This document shows, piece by piece, positions 14,316-27,746 of a DNA stretch of 64,000 nucleotides. Position numbers and translations under genes: made by a program. The notes under the pieces were generated by a model. It searched no databases, was not told the DNA's origin, and was given only the letters and a program-made list of their open reading frames with translations. Every line of letters starts with the position of its first letter. Within the stretch, counting starts at the first letter, position 1. Source of the DNA: Tubulanus polymorphus (Eukaryota > Animalia > Nemertea). The stretch covers positions 11,718,001-11,782,000 of the forward strand of contig NC_134025.1 of NCBI RefSeq assembly GCF_964204645.1, given 5' to 3'.

Positions 14316-14454
14316 GATATTTCGCGGATCAATATGCAAAGCGGTTAGAAGTTTTCCGTAACTTTTAGAATCCGCCCATTGATGTGTCAACGCGTTCGTA
14401 TTTTCGGAATCATACAAGTTCTTCCACACGTTCAACTCTAACATCTGTATTTGA
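14316..14454 (-). CDS. AFTPH: Aftiphilin exon (clathrin-binding domain, part 1)
   Basis: tttcag acceptor, gtatgt donor; VWKNLYDSENTNALTHQWADSKSYGKLLTALHIDPRNI. Confidence 0.9.
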
Positions 14455-14854
14455 CTGAAAATAGAATATTCAACATTTCATTCAGAAGAATGATTCTCGA
14501 ACTATGGAACCGGGGATACCATTACAACTTGGTGAAATGCCTGTCAATCCGACAATTTCAATATTGAATGCGCCCTGGGGAACAAATACTGTTAATAAAT
14601 TGGCTCACCATAGTCATAGAACTTGTCATCAGCTAGAATTTTGCAATTATTGATTAATAGGGCCTATATAACATATAGCCCCCATAACTGTATTTCGTCT
14701 AAGAACGGATGGATGATGGACGAAAAGTGAATGCAATAGCCCGATGGGACATAAGCCCCGAGTGGGCTAAAAGATTAGCCCATAAGTATTGATGTTACAC
14801 GATATTTCAATTTTTAATTTTGAACTATATCTAACGCAGTACATGACATATTAC

Positions 14855-15030
14855 CTCGATTTATTCTTATGTTTCCCTTCGGTCTTTTTCTCATCCTTAT
14901 TGACAATCACTTTTCGATCCTTAATGATCACTTCGGCGAGTTTGTAAATTGTGGCTCCAATGGAATCTTCATCATCATCATTAGTGAAGCATTTACTGAT
15001 GACAATGCTGATTTTGGACTGGACAGTAAC
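14855..15030 (-). CDS. AFTPH: Aftiphilin exon
   Basis: gtcag acceptor, gtaat donor; VTVQSKISIVISKCFTNDDDEDS...; 176 nt keeps the frame between flanking exons. Confidence 0.75.
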
Positions 15031-15363
15031 CTGACAACAGGGTAGGAAATCACTTCATTACAAACGGATAAAGATGTCTCTCAAATAGGCTTATTACTGT
15101 CAACCATAAGCCTCAATTTTTAATAATCACTCAATCCATTTGCCACACATTATTTCAGTCAACTCCAGCTTACATTTCTTACTACCATCTGATTTTGTCT
15201 GAGGTAGCCTTTGCACAATTAGCAAATTTTGAATCTTAAATTTTTTCATTCAAGGCAATTTTGTGAGGTAAGGCCTCGCCACGAAGTTCAAGGTATCTCA
15301 TTTTATTTCATTCCTCATTATAGACAAAGAAACTCTGGTGCCACCAGAACTATGAGCACTTAA

Positions 15364-15746
15364 AGGGGTGATGAAGAGGTTTTAAAAAAACTTCTCAATC
15401 TTATTTTCTTTGTATAAAACATTCACAACATTCAATAACAACTGTTGGCTTCCTAAACTTCCGACGTTTGATTGGAATCTGATGTATTTGAGTCACTATT
15501 TTGCACTTTAATCGCTGTTAGTATCACCCGTTTCTATACACTACACCATGTTGTTTTGGTTCGGGTTCTCAGAAAGACGCCACACTTCCGGGTTAGGAAG
15601 GAATCAGCGCGGCCGATCAAAAGTCTTGTTTTAACACTAATTGAAGAACTAAAAATTAATTTCTTGACCACTAAATCAATAAATAGGTTATAATTGATGA
15701 TAAAAAATACTTTTAGCCATATCTCAAAAACCTCTTCATGACCCCT
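15364..15746. mobile_element. Non-autonomous DNA transposon with TTAA TSD (Kolobok/piggyBac-like) in AFTPH intron
   Basis: TTAA at 15360-15363 and 15747-15750; TIRs aggggtgatgaagaggtttt / aaaacctcttcatgacccct (AG...CT ends). Confidence 0.75.
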
Positions 15747-16874
15747 TTAAGGATAGTGACCAATACAACACCCCTGTCATTTCATTGATATTGCCCCAAT
15801 CTATCAAATTCTAGGGAAAATTACTGTTGGATAATGTTTGTCAAAGGTAAGCCAGGACATACATTGTACACAAAACCATCAGAAATTCAATACAGCTTAA
15901 ATGTTATAGGCAAATTAAATGTATATCAACGCATGTTTTTCAATGATCTGTCAGTACATCCTATCACTCAAATTTCCAGGCAATCGATTGCCACAGACGA
16001 TTGCTAACCCCGGTCAAAATGTTTTAAAATAGTTTTTGATGACCCATTATTTTCACTGACTGCCCTGCAATTCGCCTTCTTGGAAAATATTTGTCTTGCA
16101 AGAAACAAGTCTCTGCTGTAGAACGATAACCACACTCAAACGTGGTGAACGGATGATAAGATAATAAATAGTGGGATTTTATCTTATTAAGTCTCTGCTG
16201 TACTACAAGGAGTCCATTGTATATGGTTGTAAGCATTTAGGTCAAAATGAAGTACAACAGGATGACCACAATCCTTCCACATCCAAATTGCTGGTGTTTT
16301 CGTGGTAAAAGCACTTCTCACCCAGGAGTCAATAAGTCCCTGGCATTATTGATGACTCCTGAAGAGTGCCTAGTAGCTGCTCGGATGTTACTTCTTTTCG
16401 CGCCATTGAACATTGTATCACAGTGAAAAAGAGCGCTATAGAAATCAAATAACTATAACTATTACTATGACCAGAGAGTTTTTATCTTGACAGACCCAAA
16501 ATTTTCACTTTCAGCTGATATTATTTTTTTTATAGGGATTTTAAAATTTACCATATAAAACAAAAATTGTAGAGTTGTTAAGTTCCAATGACAGGACGTT
16601 GCGACTATAAAATTACAATCCGTTGGGAAAGCGGGCGAGTGAAATAAACACCATTTCCTGTGTTTACCAGAGTTTATCCAATTCCCTGTTATGTTTTCCC
16701 TGTTTTCCAGCATCGTGGTCACCCCATACAATATCAATGACATATTCATTCATCAATCCCACGAAAATATCAGTCCCCACATGATTAAAATGTTATAAAT
16801 TTCGATTTAATCCAATGATTGGAGGTTTGTTCCAACGATTACAATGACAAGACATTTTTAGTTCAGTTACTTAC

Positions 16875-19031
16875 TGAGTTCTGATGATTTTTCTGTAATG
16901 ACTCGACAGATGGCTTAACTGCTGAGCTATCAAAGTCACCGAAACTGTTATCGCAATCTTCAAAATCACCGAAATTATGCGCTGGCGCTTCAATGGTTGT
17001 TCGAGTAGCTTCTTCAAATCCTCCAAAATCGTCATCATCTACATCATTATCTTGATCAATTTTCAATGGTTCATCACTAGGACCAGCAAAACTGGCCCAG
17101 TCACTCTCTTCTGTAGATGCTGTTGTCAAACCATTATCAGCTGTATCATCACTTGTAGCAAATGCTGCCCAATCAGAGGCACCATCTGGCTTGGCAACAC
17201 TTCCGAAATTATCCGCAAAGGATGTAAATTCAATTTTTTGGCTATCAGCGAATTGGAAGTCATCGAAATCATTTTCAGCATTTACCATGTCAGAAACTTT
17301 CTCATCCTCAACAGGTTTATGATCATCTACTTCTTGATTGCGGATTTCAAGCTCTTGCGGAGATTGAAACTCATCGAAGTCATTTTCAGCATCTGCCATT
17401 TCAGAAATATTTTCATCTACACCAATTATTGGATTATTGGTATTCGCGTCTTGATCGGAAACTTTGAATTCTGGCCGAAATTGAAAATCATCAAAATCAG
17501 TCTCAGCATCTATCTTTCCGGAAATATCTATATCGTCCAAATTTTCTATAGATTTTAAATCAACAGTTTCTCGCTCATGATCGCGAGCGGAATCCTTGTG
17601 AACTTGTTTATCATCGATTTCATTAACCATTGGACTATGATTGACGTTAGTAAATTCTTCATCTGAACAACCAGCGGAAACGTTTTTCTCTTCGTGAGTA
17701 GCTGTGTCCTTCTCGGCGCTATCGAGAACATCTGGCGTATCGAGATTGCTTGCAACTTCATTTTCTAAATCGGTGGCATTTTCTGCATTCACTACATATG
17801 CACACGATCGATAATCAAGATCTGTCACTTCTTCAATTTTTGTTTTTTCCACCACCTCAGGGCGATCGAAACTAGCAGGATCTTCAAATTCGTTACAACC
17901 CAACTTTTTGACAATTTCATTTTGACTAGATTGACTTTGTTGTGACGATTTGACACCCACATTCATGACTGAATTGGACAAATCCGACGAACGAACGAGT
18001 TCGTTAGCAGCTATAGCTTTATCGTGAGAATTAACAGTACTTTGTTCTGAGTTTGGATTGCCATTCGTAACATGAACTTCGTTTTCTAGGCGTAGCTCTT
18101 CGCCGAAAGACTTTGCATCCCCGCGAATATCATCGTTAGTCGAAGGTGTGATGATCGATTCCCTGAAGTCGAGGTCCGAAGTTGGTTGGTCGCTCATCGC
18201 GCTTGTATTCGTGCTAGAAGAGGAATCCTGGTCGTCAACGTCGTGAGGGATTTCTTCCCCTGTGTCTGCTTGGGCGGCTTCTTCGCGATCGCTAGAAACG
18301 ACGACGTCTCTAGGCTTTTCCGTAGTAAGCTCCGGATAGTAATCAAAGCTGCGATTGTCTTCGGAGAAATCGGGATATTCTTCCGATTTTGGCAGAGGAG
18401 AAATGTCACTGCTCAAACCTGAGTCGATAATCGATTCATCAGTGAACTTTCCGACGGTGGAGGCAGTGTCAGTAGAAGTATTTTCAGAATCGAGCTCAGA
18501 CAGGTCCGGCTTCACGTTACCGCATCGATCTTCTAAGACATTTTCAGATGGAATGCTTTGCTGTTCGGTGGCGTCGAACTTATCAGTTGACAATTCATTT
18601 GGTATATTCGAATTACACGCAAGTCCGCTATCCACATTCGCGCTGTATTCATAATCGTTGAAGTCACTGTTCGCTTTCGGACTGTGACTGAGCTGTCCCG
18701 ACGAGCAGGGCGAACTTATATCCGCGAAGCCACCGTGCGAATCACTCGCCGGTGAAAAATCCGGTGGACTCTCAGCGAAATTCGCCCAGTTGTCGTTCAC
18801 TTCGATCGGAAACGAAACATTATCCAAGCTTCGATGCTTTTCGGATTTCGTTTTGAAAAACGCATTGTTTTCATTTGTTTCAGCTGGAAGACCATTATCG
18901 ATTATGTGGTTCGCCGATGTAAATCTTCCGAATTCATCGTCGTCGTCATCGTCATTCCACACGTCATCATTCACCGCGCTGTCGTCAAGAGGAGGCGGAC
19001 TCGAAGAGAGGATCGGTATCACACTTGACAT
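16875..19031 (-). CDS. AFTPH: Aftiphilin large first coding exon (acidic, WxxF/FGxF AP-1 gamma-ear motifs)
   Basis: N-terminus MSSVIPILSSSPPPLDD...DDDDEFGRF matches the aftiphilin SSSPPPLD...DDDEFG start; DWAAF, DWASF, DFGGF, NFGDF, SFGDF motifs; gtaagt donor starting at 16874; acceptor at 19076-19074. Confidence 0.93.
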
Positions 19032-19109
19032 GATCGTTGATGAGCGACGCAGATCACCGCATTATACAAACACCTGGAATGAAACCTTGTCGTTATCAGT
19101 AAAGTCTCT

Positions 19110-19330
19110 GAGTGTTATGGAGTGGTGTGGGTGACTTAGTTTGGCTCTAAGAAGCCAGGACATGGGTTTGAAGCCCATAAGTTACTATAGTGGCCCCAGG
19201 CAAGAAATGAATCATCAATGCCTCTCTCCACTCAAGAGTGAATGAAAACTTATGGTTAGAAACATAGGCTGGGGGCAATAATACAGATTAATGAGTGTCG
19301 TTGAACACTGTATCACAGTGAAATGTGGGG
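19110..19330 (+). repeat. Degenerate tRNA-derived SINE-like repeat
   Basis: A-box-like tggagtggtgtggg, B-box-like atgggtttgaagcccat, and a tail ttgaacactgtatcacagtgaaa also seen at ~16407-16430. Confidence 0.35.
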
Positions 19331-19535
19331 CTAAAATTAAATAATAATGTTGTAATATTTTACTAAGGCCTATGTCATTTCATAGTCCTCAATCATATTT
19401 TACCAATTCAATTCATTGTAACTCGTCATTTGGATAAGTCATGGACATAAGCTTTGACAGAGAGTTTGACTGCAGAAGTTTATAGGACTATTTGTAATCC
19501 AAGGCATGAAATATCTGCCTGTCCATACTACAATC

Positions 19536-19952
19536 CATCCTCCCACGGCAGGGATTCGAACCTGATGGCATTGAGATTGCCACAGTACAAAACCCTGCCA
19601 CACTTATCCGAGTGCGCAGCTTAGAATAGATGTCATTATTAGCCAATCAGATTTATTTTAGCCCAGATCTCCCTATAGTTCTTCCGTGAAAAGACGAGAA
19701 GATATACAATAGACCTATCCGTGTAAGCCCATGATTACCAGAAAAACGTTGCTCGAAATATAATCATTTTAATATAGAACTTTTCATATTTGACTGAATT
19801 TATTGTGGGATTTCTCTTGTTATTCTCCCGTGAAATTTACCTCAGCGATTAGGCCTATACAACAAGCAATCTGTATAGTTTTCAGCAGGGATTCATGCTG
19901 TGGCTGAGCGTAGCGATGCCATCAGGTTCGAATCCCTGCCGAGGGAGGATGA
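19536..19952. mobile_element. MITE, second copy of the 8121-8441 family
   Basis: catcctcccacggcagggattcgaacctgatggcattgag ... gatgccatcaggttcgaatccctgccgagggaggatg. Confidence 0.65.
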
Positions 19953-20410
19953 CAACAATCATAAGGGTCCACCTAAAAGAACTAGGCCAAAATATAAGTG
20001 GCTATTTTTCAAACATGCGGCAAGGCTATAGCATTAACAATACCAAAAAACAGTACAGCCTACTAGAAGAAACTCCACTGAATTAGCTTTGGTTTGCGTT
20101 GGTTTTTATATCATTCGAAACGTGTTAGCCTAACTCATTTTCGTTTAGTTTCAAAAACGGTTAAATTTTTGATAGATCTGAATTAATCGTTGCTCAGTAG
20201 CTAAATTCCTTTTAACACCTATCAGATATATGTAGGCCTAAACTGACATTATACACAGACTCCACAAGACTGAGGCTGAGCTTTTTTCAGCAGGCCACCC
20301 GTCCGAAGCACCCGTCCCAACCCAAGAACCAGACGTCCTTTCCTTTCTTCAAGCCACGGCACAAGCCACAAGGCGTTCAAGTTGAAATAGATTTTTAACC
20401 ATTATAAAGG

Positions 20411-20560
20411 TTACCGAAACCGCAGTCTTTTTCAGTATTAGATACCGTCAGTCACTGATGTCTCCGTGATTAATCATCTTTCGGTTAATTAATTAACTTT
20501 TCTTCTCGACGAAATGATTTTTTACTTCCGGGTTTGACACTACTGTAGATAGCGCATTAT
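20411..20560 (-). promoter_or_regulatory. Probable AFTPH promoter and non-coding first exon
   Basis: ETS-type CCGGAAGT on minus at 20531-20524; candidate G|GTAA donor at 20414-20411; the coding exon has an upstream acceptor, so a 5' UTR exon is required. Inference. Confidence 0.45.
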
Positions 20561-20664
20561 CGCACGCTAGCGTACTCCCGACACCTCCACTGTTGCCAGC
20601 AAACGCTTTTCATTAAAACTAACTCAAAATACGAAACGATGGTTAGTCGGAAAAACATCCCCGT

Positions 20665-21734
20665 CAATTTCAATTTCAATGTTAATTTCAATTTATTCAT
20701 TATAAATCCAAAGTATAAGATTGTGAATGAAGAAAACAACAATAATAACAAACAGACAAAAAACAAAAATGTGTGACACAAAGATGTGCACTAACAGAAA
20801 AATAATAAAAGGAGAGAGAACTAATACCACGTCTAATAAGTGTCTGTTAAGACATAAATGAGGTATGTACCCCAAAAAGTGAGCAAAATATCCAAGAAAA
20901 ACAGGTCTCATCAATTAATAAATAGACATTAACATATATATATATACAATATTATTTAAGTGATATTTACAAGCCCATGATATATGAATTTCGCAATATT
21001 TAAGAAGATTGGTTTATTGGGATTAGTAAAGGCCGAAAGAAAAGTGTCTAGGTTTAGATTTACAATATCATATTTAGTTCTTAAATTATCCTGCAGTTTA
21101 CAATAAAAAAGAAAATGGGATTCATCGCCGACAGCGTTACAGTGGGGGCAAATACGATTTGGTTGAGCGATGCCGAGTCTCCTTCCTTTTTCAATTATAA
21201 GGTTATGACATGACATTCGAAGTTTTGCTATTGCTGATTTTAGAGAGTGGTCTTTTAAGAATAATAAATATGGTTCTAGCTGAAATTTAGATTTCATAGT
21301 TCTATAAAAGTTATACCGGCTGTGAGTTGGATCATTGATCTCTGAATTCCAAAAAATAAGAAAACCCTGCTGCATATATTTACATACAATTCTAGTTGAT
21401 CTGGTTATATTTGGATTGTGCCCTAAATTTTCCCATATATGGTTAAGATTACAGTCTAATAGAATTTTTTTTATACAAGAAACAAAATTAAAACGAGAGT
21501 CTCGGGACGAGGATTCATGCATATCTAACAAACAAAGATAGAGCAGGGAGTTTTGATTATTTTTCATGCAATTTAACCAATATTTCACAGAAGATAAAAT
21601 TATTTCAATGAGTATGGGAAATTGGCCAAGATCTCCAAGGAGAGGTAGAATAGGTGATCTGTTATGGAGTCCAAGGATATGACGAAGGAAACGGTTAACT
21701 ACTTTTTGCATTGAGCAAAGTTTGAAGATATCAC
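20665..21734 (-). mobile_element. LINE (L2/CR1-group-like) 3' part: end of RT ORF, 3' UTR, TTGAAA-repeat tail
   Basis: ORF C-terminus ...FYRTMKSKFQLEPYL...IAKLRMSCHNLIIEKGR...RICPHC...GDESHFLFYC (stop 20956); tail aataaattgaaattaacattgaaattgaaattgac on minus. Confidence 0.8.
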
Positions 21735-21978
21735 TGTTGGTGAATGACTGTAATGGTACTGTGATCCTCTGGTTATTGGTAAGAGACAACGTAACAAGAC
21801 CTGGTTACTGTATACTGACTGACTGGAAACATTTATTCGGAGCTTATATACAACAATTATGAAAGAGAGGATTATTTTGACATTTGAATGGTTTTGAGTT
21901 TGAACAGTTTTGGTTGATTTGGTACCTGTAATATAATAGTATAGTACTGTAATATAAGCCTATATACAATTCCCGACA
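21735..21978 (-). repeat. BEL/Pao 3' LTR
   Basis: Direct repeat of 29432-29675. Confidence 0.95.
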
Positions 21979-22211
21979 TTCTCCGGGGCGCAAAGAGTCT
22001 TAGATGATGATCCGTGATCTATTGAAGTCCAGCGTTACGTCATAACGATTATGACAATTATTGAATAAACGTACACATATCGATTTCACGATTATTTTAC
22101 GACGAACGTATATCACAACGGGTAATGATCGATTTCATTACGAAATTTCAGATCGAAATTTCACGACTTATGTATCACAATTAACACGGCGACAACTCGT
22201 ATAAATATACA

Positions 22212-23630
22212 CTACTCACTATCACTATTGCCCTCCGGGGCACAAACAGAGTTTTCCTGTTCGTAGATTCGTAGTATTCGTTCCCGAGCGGTATCGGCAG
22301 CTTGTCTTCTGGGCCGAGTGTCCGAGCGCGACGAGTCACACGATTGACTATTAGTCGGTTGTAGTTCCTCCGGATATGAACAGGTAACTTCTAACGGCAC
22401 TAATTTAGCTAGCGGCCTGTTCGTGATTCCGTTGGCGGTACGTAGAGAAGCTGATCGAGGGAACCCGTCTCTCCCATACTTAATATCAATAATAATTCCC
22501 ATCTTCCACTTTACCCGGGGAGAATCATCACAAATATGTACCAAATCCCCTTTTTTAACCTTGATGTCATAATGACCAGAGGAGTTTGTAAAGCGTTCAC
22601 GTAGTGATGTAAGGTATTCCTTACGCCATCTTGCCCATAATTGTTGGAAAACAAAACTCATGTGCTTCATGCGTGAGGTCAAACTTGCACTCGTCAGAAA
22701 GTCTGGATCAGATAAGTTATCTGATTCAAGTTTAACATGGGGAAGGTTTCTAATACGACGACCGTGAATTAAATGTGCAGGAGTTATAGGTTCGGGGTCA
22801 TCAAAATTTGATGACATGTAGGTAAGAGGTCGATCGTTGACGACTGCCTCGATTTCTGAAACGATTGTTATCAATTCAGTGCTAGAAACGCGTGCGCGAC
22901 CTAAAACCTTCTTCAGACAAGTCTTAACGATGCCAACCAGCCGTTCCCAATACCCTCCCATCCAAGGGGCACGTTTGGGAATAAATGCCCACTCGACGTG
23001 CTCAATTGCCAGCTCATGTGTTAGAGAGGGAGAGGAAAGTAACGTTTTTATTTCTTTAGACGCGCATTCAAATGTCGAGGCGTTGTCAGACATCATTTTC
23101 TGCGGAGAGCCTCTGCGACTCGCGAATCTTCTAAAAGTATGCATGAAAATTTCCACTGATAAACATGGAACAACCTCTAAATGTACAGCTCTGGTGACTG
23201 CGCAGGTAAAGAGGCAGATGTACATTTTACCTGGTTCGTCTTTAACTGGAATTTCCCCAGTAAAGTCGACGCCGCAAATCGCGAAAGGTCGCATTTCGTT
23301 TACGCGTAGAGATGGTAAAGGTGGACTGCGTGGCGTCATGTACGACTTACCAATTACCTTTCTACAGATGATGCATTTTTGTATAATGGATTTAACGACT
23401 TGGCGCGCACGGGGCACCCAATACTTTTGACGCAATGTAGTCACCGTCTGTGTAACACCTACATGTTTGGAACGTTCATGGCTATCCCAAACGATAAGAG
23501 TAGTAAATTCATCGCGTGGTGGTAGTAACGCGGGAAAACGAGTCTCTGGAGCTAAATCACAATTATGTATACGCCCTGATGACCGTAAAACACGATTGTG
23601 GTCAAGGAATAACCGGAGCTGATTAATCAT
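22212..23630 (-). CDS. BEL/Pao integrase (HHCC + DDE) and C-terminal domain
   Basis: H...H...CIIC zinc finger, GVDFTG, SDNAS, GGYWERLV, RWRKEYL, RPLAKLVPLE; separated from the upstream pol by a frameshift near 23630. Confidence 0.9.
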   Translation of the reverse strand: MINQLRLFLDHNRVLRSSGRIHNCDLAPETRFPALLPPRDEFTTLIVWDSHERSKHVGVTQTVTTLRQKYWVPRARQVVKSIIQKCIICRKVIGKSYMTPRSPPLPSLRVNEMRPFAICGVDFTGEIPVKDEPGKMYICLFTCAVTRAVHLEVVPCLSVEIFMHTFRRFASRRGSPQKMMSDNASTFECASKEIKTLLSSPSLTHELAIEHVEWAFIPKRAPWMGGYWERLVGIVKTCLKKVLGRARVSSTELITIVSEIEAVVNDRPLTYMSSNFDDPEPITPAHLIHGRRIRNLPHVKLESDNLSDPDFLTSASLTSRMKHMSFVFQQLWARWRKEYLTSLRERFTNSSGHYDIKVKKGDLVHICDDSPRVKWKMGIIIDIKYGRDGFPRSASLRTANGITNRPLAKLVPLEVTCSYPEELQPTNSQSCDSSRSDTRPRRQAADTARERILRIYEQENSVCAPEGNSDSE

Positions 23631-25986
23631 AGGTTTAGATCTAGTACTCGTTTTAGTTCAATACATTCTATAATGTCATGATAATGAACCGACTGAGTCT
23701 GCTTCACTATTGCTAATTCAGCATCCTTGAGCTCAGACGCTGTAATCGGTTCCAGGTTTTTATTTCTCGATTTGAGACAAGAAACGAATCGTAATACGTA
23801 AGCCATGATGCGTAATACTTCCCGCAATGACGTGAATTGCGATACTTCAATAACAACGGGTCGGACATCAGAATTAGTCATTAATAACGATTTGCATTCT
23901 GTTTCAAACAATGAAATTTCAGGGAGATGGCTTGCGCTAGGATGAGTAGGCCAGTTATCTTTCCTTGAAAGCCAAGATGGGCCAGTCCACCACAAGGTAT
24001 CACTAGCGAGAGTGAAACTATCACAGCCCCTACTCAAAACATCACTAGGATTACTGCTAGATGGGACATAACGCCAGTTGTATTGTGATGTTAAACTACT
24101 GATCAAGTTTACCCTATTTCTTACGAATACTGGTAAGGATTTAGACGAATGAATCCATCCTAGTGTGACTAAACTATCAGACCAGAGAAAAACTTCTACA
24201 TCTAGTTCTGACCCTAGACTATCAACAATATGTTGGGCAAGTCGCGCCGCAACGACAGCGGCCGACAGTTCTAGTCTCGGTATAGACATCGACTTAACGG
24301 GAGCAACCCGGCTTTTAGACATAACGAGATAACTCGAAGTAATATCCGGAAAAGACAGATATGCGCAAGCGCCGAAAGCTTTTGCAGATGCGTCCGCGAA
24401 CACGTGTAGTTGTTCTGAACCGACACCGACTGTCGAGACAGGAGATCTAGGCACTGTGATGGATTCAACTGCTCTTTGGAGATCGCGTATAATCGGTAAC
24501 CACGAATCCAACACGGTGGCATCGAGCGGTTCGTCCCACTCTGTACCTAACGACCATAGATTTTGTATGAATATTTTGGCCCTAACGGTTATGGGTGCGA
24601 TGAACCCAAGTGGATCGTATACCTTACTTGCGTCACTTAAAATCTCGCGCTTAGTAGCAAAATTAGTTGTAATGCTGGGTTTTGTCGAGAAACTAAGTAA
24701 ATCATTATCAACATTCCAATGAAGACCTAGAAATTTAACGATATCTGACTCATCTAAGATCCCTTCAGAACGCGCGAGTTCGCGCGTAGATTTGCAATTT
24801 GTCGCCCAAGACCGCAAATTGAATTTTGCATCTGACATGATTTTGCGACTTTCGTGGAAATAGTGATCCAGCTGATCCGGGGATGAATATGAAACTCCAA
24901 AGTTATCAACATATACATTTGTAAGCATTGAAGATGCAACAGCAGTGCTGTATTCGGACAAATGTTTGATGACTGTAGAATTTAAGATAAAGGGAGATGA
25001 AGTTGCCCCAAATAAAACAACTTTGAACCTATAATGAATGAACCTACGCTCAGGATCAGCTGGGTCACTCAACCAGAGAAAACGAGTGTAATCTCTGTCG
25101 CTGTCTGTAAGCAATATTTGTAGAAAAGCCTTTTCTAAATCGGAGATGGCAGCGTACCCGTGAAGCCGAAAACGGATAAGAATGGATGTAATATCGTGTT
25201 GCAGTGGAGGACCGGCCTCCAAACAATCATTTAAGCTACGAGAATATCTACCTTCACTACAACTGCAATCAAAAACAATGCGTACTGGCGTTGTTGCAGA
25301 TTTGCGGAAAACAGGGTGGTGCGGGATATAATGCACATTATTCGAGTCAATTTCATCGGGCGGAATTTCTTCAATAAAATCGCGCGCTTTCTGATCATTT
25401 ATTAGATCAGAATAAAGTTTCAACATAGGAGGATCTTTAGCTAGTCGACGCGCCGTTGATCGCGTTCGTGCATTAGAAACACTGAAGTTTGAAGGTAGAG
25501 TGTCAAAATCGTCCTTCCATGGTAGCGGAGCAATATAACGACCGGTTTGATTTCTCGTAATTGTACTGTTATATCGATGCATGAAATCTAATGTATCGGA
25601 ATCATTGGTGTCCGTAAGAATCTGAATTTCCCAAAACTTCTGCAACTTTGCATTATCAGAAGAATGACTACGTACAATGGTAAGCATAGACAAAACAGTA
25701 GAAGTACGAGAATCATTATGGACAGGTCCAGATAAAACATACCCTACTTTGGTTTTGACAGCAATGGGATCAGACTCAAATGGACCCTTGATTAATTCAC
25801 CCTCAACTAATTTATAATACTGGTCGGCCCCTATCAGCATTTGTATGACGAATATGCCAGACATGGAAGTCGGAGGGTGAGCTAAGTCTAGGCCAATAAG
25901 ATGAGGACAATCCTTTGCTCTATTTACCGATGAAGTGCTAAGCGGTGAAGCAATCGTATCTGTTACGATTAGCTCAACTGTAACAA
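23627..25986 (-). CDS. BEL/Pao pol: protease C-part, RT, RNase H
   Basis: LIGADQY, YIPHHPV, RIVFD, DLEKAFLQI, FGATSSPF, YVDN, DPLG, FADAS, IPRLEL, WSDS, NPSDVLSRG. Confidence 0.92.
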
Positions 25987-27746
25987 TAAACCATTTTACA
26001 GTTGCTAGCCGCCATTTTGTTAGGGTACTTTTGTCCCGTATTGTTGGGTCATTTTTTTCGTTTTTTTAAAAACTATCCGTGATGTGTATTGTATCATATT
26101 TCATCTGCCCATGGATGGATTTTGACAACTTCAGCAACATTCAAACCGCATAAATCTCTAGTTTTCAGTTATGTAAAAATCATTTCTCAAATTTACAACA
26201 ATGCGACATGAGAGCAATATAAAAATCGGTGGTCAGTTTTTGCCGTGCGCATAGAAATCCAGGGTACTGAAATTTGAAGTTCGTTATTTTCAGAAATAAT
26301 TTTCTAAAAAATCCAAACATTTCAAGCACTGTGCGCATAAACGCCCCCTTTCAGGTGAACTTTGAAATTTTAAGATATCTTGCCTAGTTTTTTTCCTATG
26401 GCACTTTAACTGCAGCGCGTGTATTGTCATTCCGAGATTCGGCGCTGTTTTCTTTGCGTGTATTTCAGTATATGGGTGTTATTTCTTCATTTTCACTACA
26501 CTTGTCTCTACGGAAAATGGTTTTAATTGTTGGTACGAGTATCAGGTTTAAATATTACGGCATTAATACTGTATTCCGTTCTCCGGCGCTAGTTCGTAAT
26601 GGCTGTAATGGTAGCCGCTTTTACGGCAGGCAGAGGCTTACGTACATGCACCCAAGAAAACCCAAAATATCACTCTTTTGTTGTAAATGCAATCCACACA
26701 CTTCTTGCGTTTTTGTGATGGTAGATGTCACTTTTTACTTTTTATCACGTGCGTCTGACATTCGAACTTGATACTTGATATTTCACCACCAAAACAAGAA
26801 AGTTTTCCTATATTTTCTTCCCAATCTAATCAATCTTGTGTGTACTTAATACAAAGTATTCATAGAAAGTAGCTGAATATTTGCCCCACCCCATTTGTCC
26901 AGCTTTTTGACCACTTCTCCATCCATCTAATTTCAGTAGATTTTTATGTAAATTTATTGATAGACTACTGATTTAAATGGTCATCATACTCGATTTTGAG
27001 TGATATATTTCTTTTCTTCTTCCATCTCAATATAGGCCCATATATTCTCTTCCCGCGCGCAACTTCGAATGCGTGATCAAAATGCCGCTCAGTCTCGCTG
27101 CTAAAACTGGTCAGAAAAATCCCTTAAACCCCAACATCTCTAATGTCTTCGACCTATTATATTGCATAAACGACGTGATATTTAAACCTGATACTCGTAC
27201 CAACAATTAAAACCATTTTCCGTAGAGACAAGTGTAGTGAAAATGAAGAAATAACACCCATATACTGAAATACACGCAAAGAAAACAGCGCCGAATCTCG
27301 GAATGACAATACACGCGCTGCAGTTAAAGTGCCATAGGAAAAAAACTAGGAAAGATATCTTAAAATTTCAAAGTTCACCTGAAAGGGGGCGTTTATGCGC
27401 ACAGTGCTTGAAATGTTTGGATTTTTTAGAAAATTATTTCTGAAAATAACGAACTTCAAATTTCAGTACCCTGGATTTCTATGCGCACGGCAAAAACTGA
27501 CCACCGATTTTTATATTGCTCTCATGTCGCATTGTTGTAAATTTGAGAAATGATTTTTACATAACTGAAAACAAGAGATTTATGCGGTTTGAATGTTGCT
27601 GAAACTGTCAAAATCCATCCATGGGCAGATGAAATATGATACAATACACATCACGGAGGGTTTTTAAAAAAGAGAAAAAAATGACCCAACAATACGGGGC
27701 AAAAGTACCCTAACAAAATGGCGGCTAGCAACTGTAAAATGGTTTA
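25987..27746. mobile_element. Non-autonomous DNA element with ~570-bp TIRs inserted in the BEL protease region
   Basis: 25987-~26560 is the near-perfect reverse complement of ~27172-27746 (taaaccattttacagttgctagccgccatttt...); no transposase in the ~600-bp core. Confidence 0.9.

Noticed and set aside
16977-19134. Plus-strand ORFs overlapping the AFTPH large exon
   Set aside because: Antisense shadows of a long coding exon.
20956-21789. 277-aa ORF as a standalone gene starting MSLTNNQR
   Set aside because: Its first residues come from the BEL LTR (same start at 29486); the rest is the split LINE ORF.
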